This document shows positions 63,704-64,000 of a stretch of 64,000 nucleotides of DNA, in pieces; the first letter of the stretch is position 1; each line of letters starts with the position of its first letter. The position numbers were made by a program, and so were the translations under genes. Under the pieces are notes generated by a model, which worked only from the letters and a program-made list of their open reading frames with translations, was not told the origin of the DNA and did not search any database. Source of the DNA: Azolla caroliniana (Eukaryota > Plantae > Polypodiophyta); assembly GCA_043228905.1 (NCBI GenBank), contig JBHGNT010000008.1, positions 10,850,001 through 10,914,000 on the forward strand. Reading direction: 5' to 3'.

Positions 63704-64000
63704 CAAGGGTTGGATGGTGGATTCGACGTACAAGGTACTGTCCCACGAGCGTGCCATGTGTTACCGGCCGGCAAAGGAGTCCAGAGTGTGTAACGAAGGA
63801 GTTATTTAATTATTAAGGAATGGTTGTAAGTAAGCTATTAGTGTGGACGGATGGACCGGAATCGGTATGCCGTTCCGGATCTGGACCGATCCCGAACAGG
63901 TGTGGATGGCACCGTTTTGTACTACAAACCAGAAACCTATTTAAAGGCCCGGATGCAATGTAATGTTCAGCGGATAATTAATGAAGCTTAGTGTTTTTAT

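Larger units (their letters stand above)
54206..64000 (+). mobile_element. Athila/OTA-like non-chromovirus Ty3/gypsy element H with a large extra ORF; 3' LTR runs off the window
   Basis: LTRs 54206-54640 and 63759->64000 (about 5 mismatches in 242 bp), PBS TGGTGACCACG at 54648-54658 (tRNA-Arg-type, from recall). Order gag-PR-RT-RH-INT; no chromodomain or additional RNase H recognised. Confidence 0.95.

Noticed and set aside
63716-63756. tRNA-derived sequence (TTCGA ... CCA)
   Set aside because: The spacing from TTCGA to CCA is about 35 nt rather than about 23, and no cloverleaf forms; kept only as a hairpin motif.

Overview
Land-plant genomic DNA (a large-genome non-seed plant such as a fern is my inference, not shown) made almost entirely of nested, mostly decayed retrotransposons, with one host coding exon. 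That exon is exon 1 of mitochondrial complex I subunit NDUFA13/GRIM-19 (minus strand, 14635-14849). Its putative intron 1 (<1-14634) is filled with Ty1/copia elements, a hAT-type non-autonomous element and a probable LINE fragment. A 1.62-kb block containing the exon is repeated on both sides of a 100-N gap and looks like an unmerged contig overlap. The rest holds three complete copia elements of one lineage with LTR pairs, PBS, PPT and TSDs (17093-22760, 26840-32778, 40192-45899), truncated copia elements, two gypsy remnants with tRNA-Trp-type PBS, a solo LTR, an L1-like LINE and a nest of Athila/OTA-like gypsy elements. The most interesting signals are: (1) two divergent gypsy families share a large extra ORF after pol with a conserved ILDILxEE end, plus a conserved ~44-nt hairpin-forming motif where the polypurine tract should be; (2) a copia lineage has a duplicated PPT bracketing an in-frame charged pol extension, with the LTR-proximal PPT in a conserved stem-loop; (3) a young LTR points into NDUFA13, which has only ~195 bp of non-TE upstream DNA; (4) a 42-bp mini-LTR. 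All coordinates and mismatch counts were read by eye; no database searches were run.
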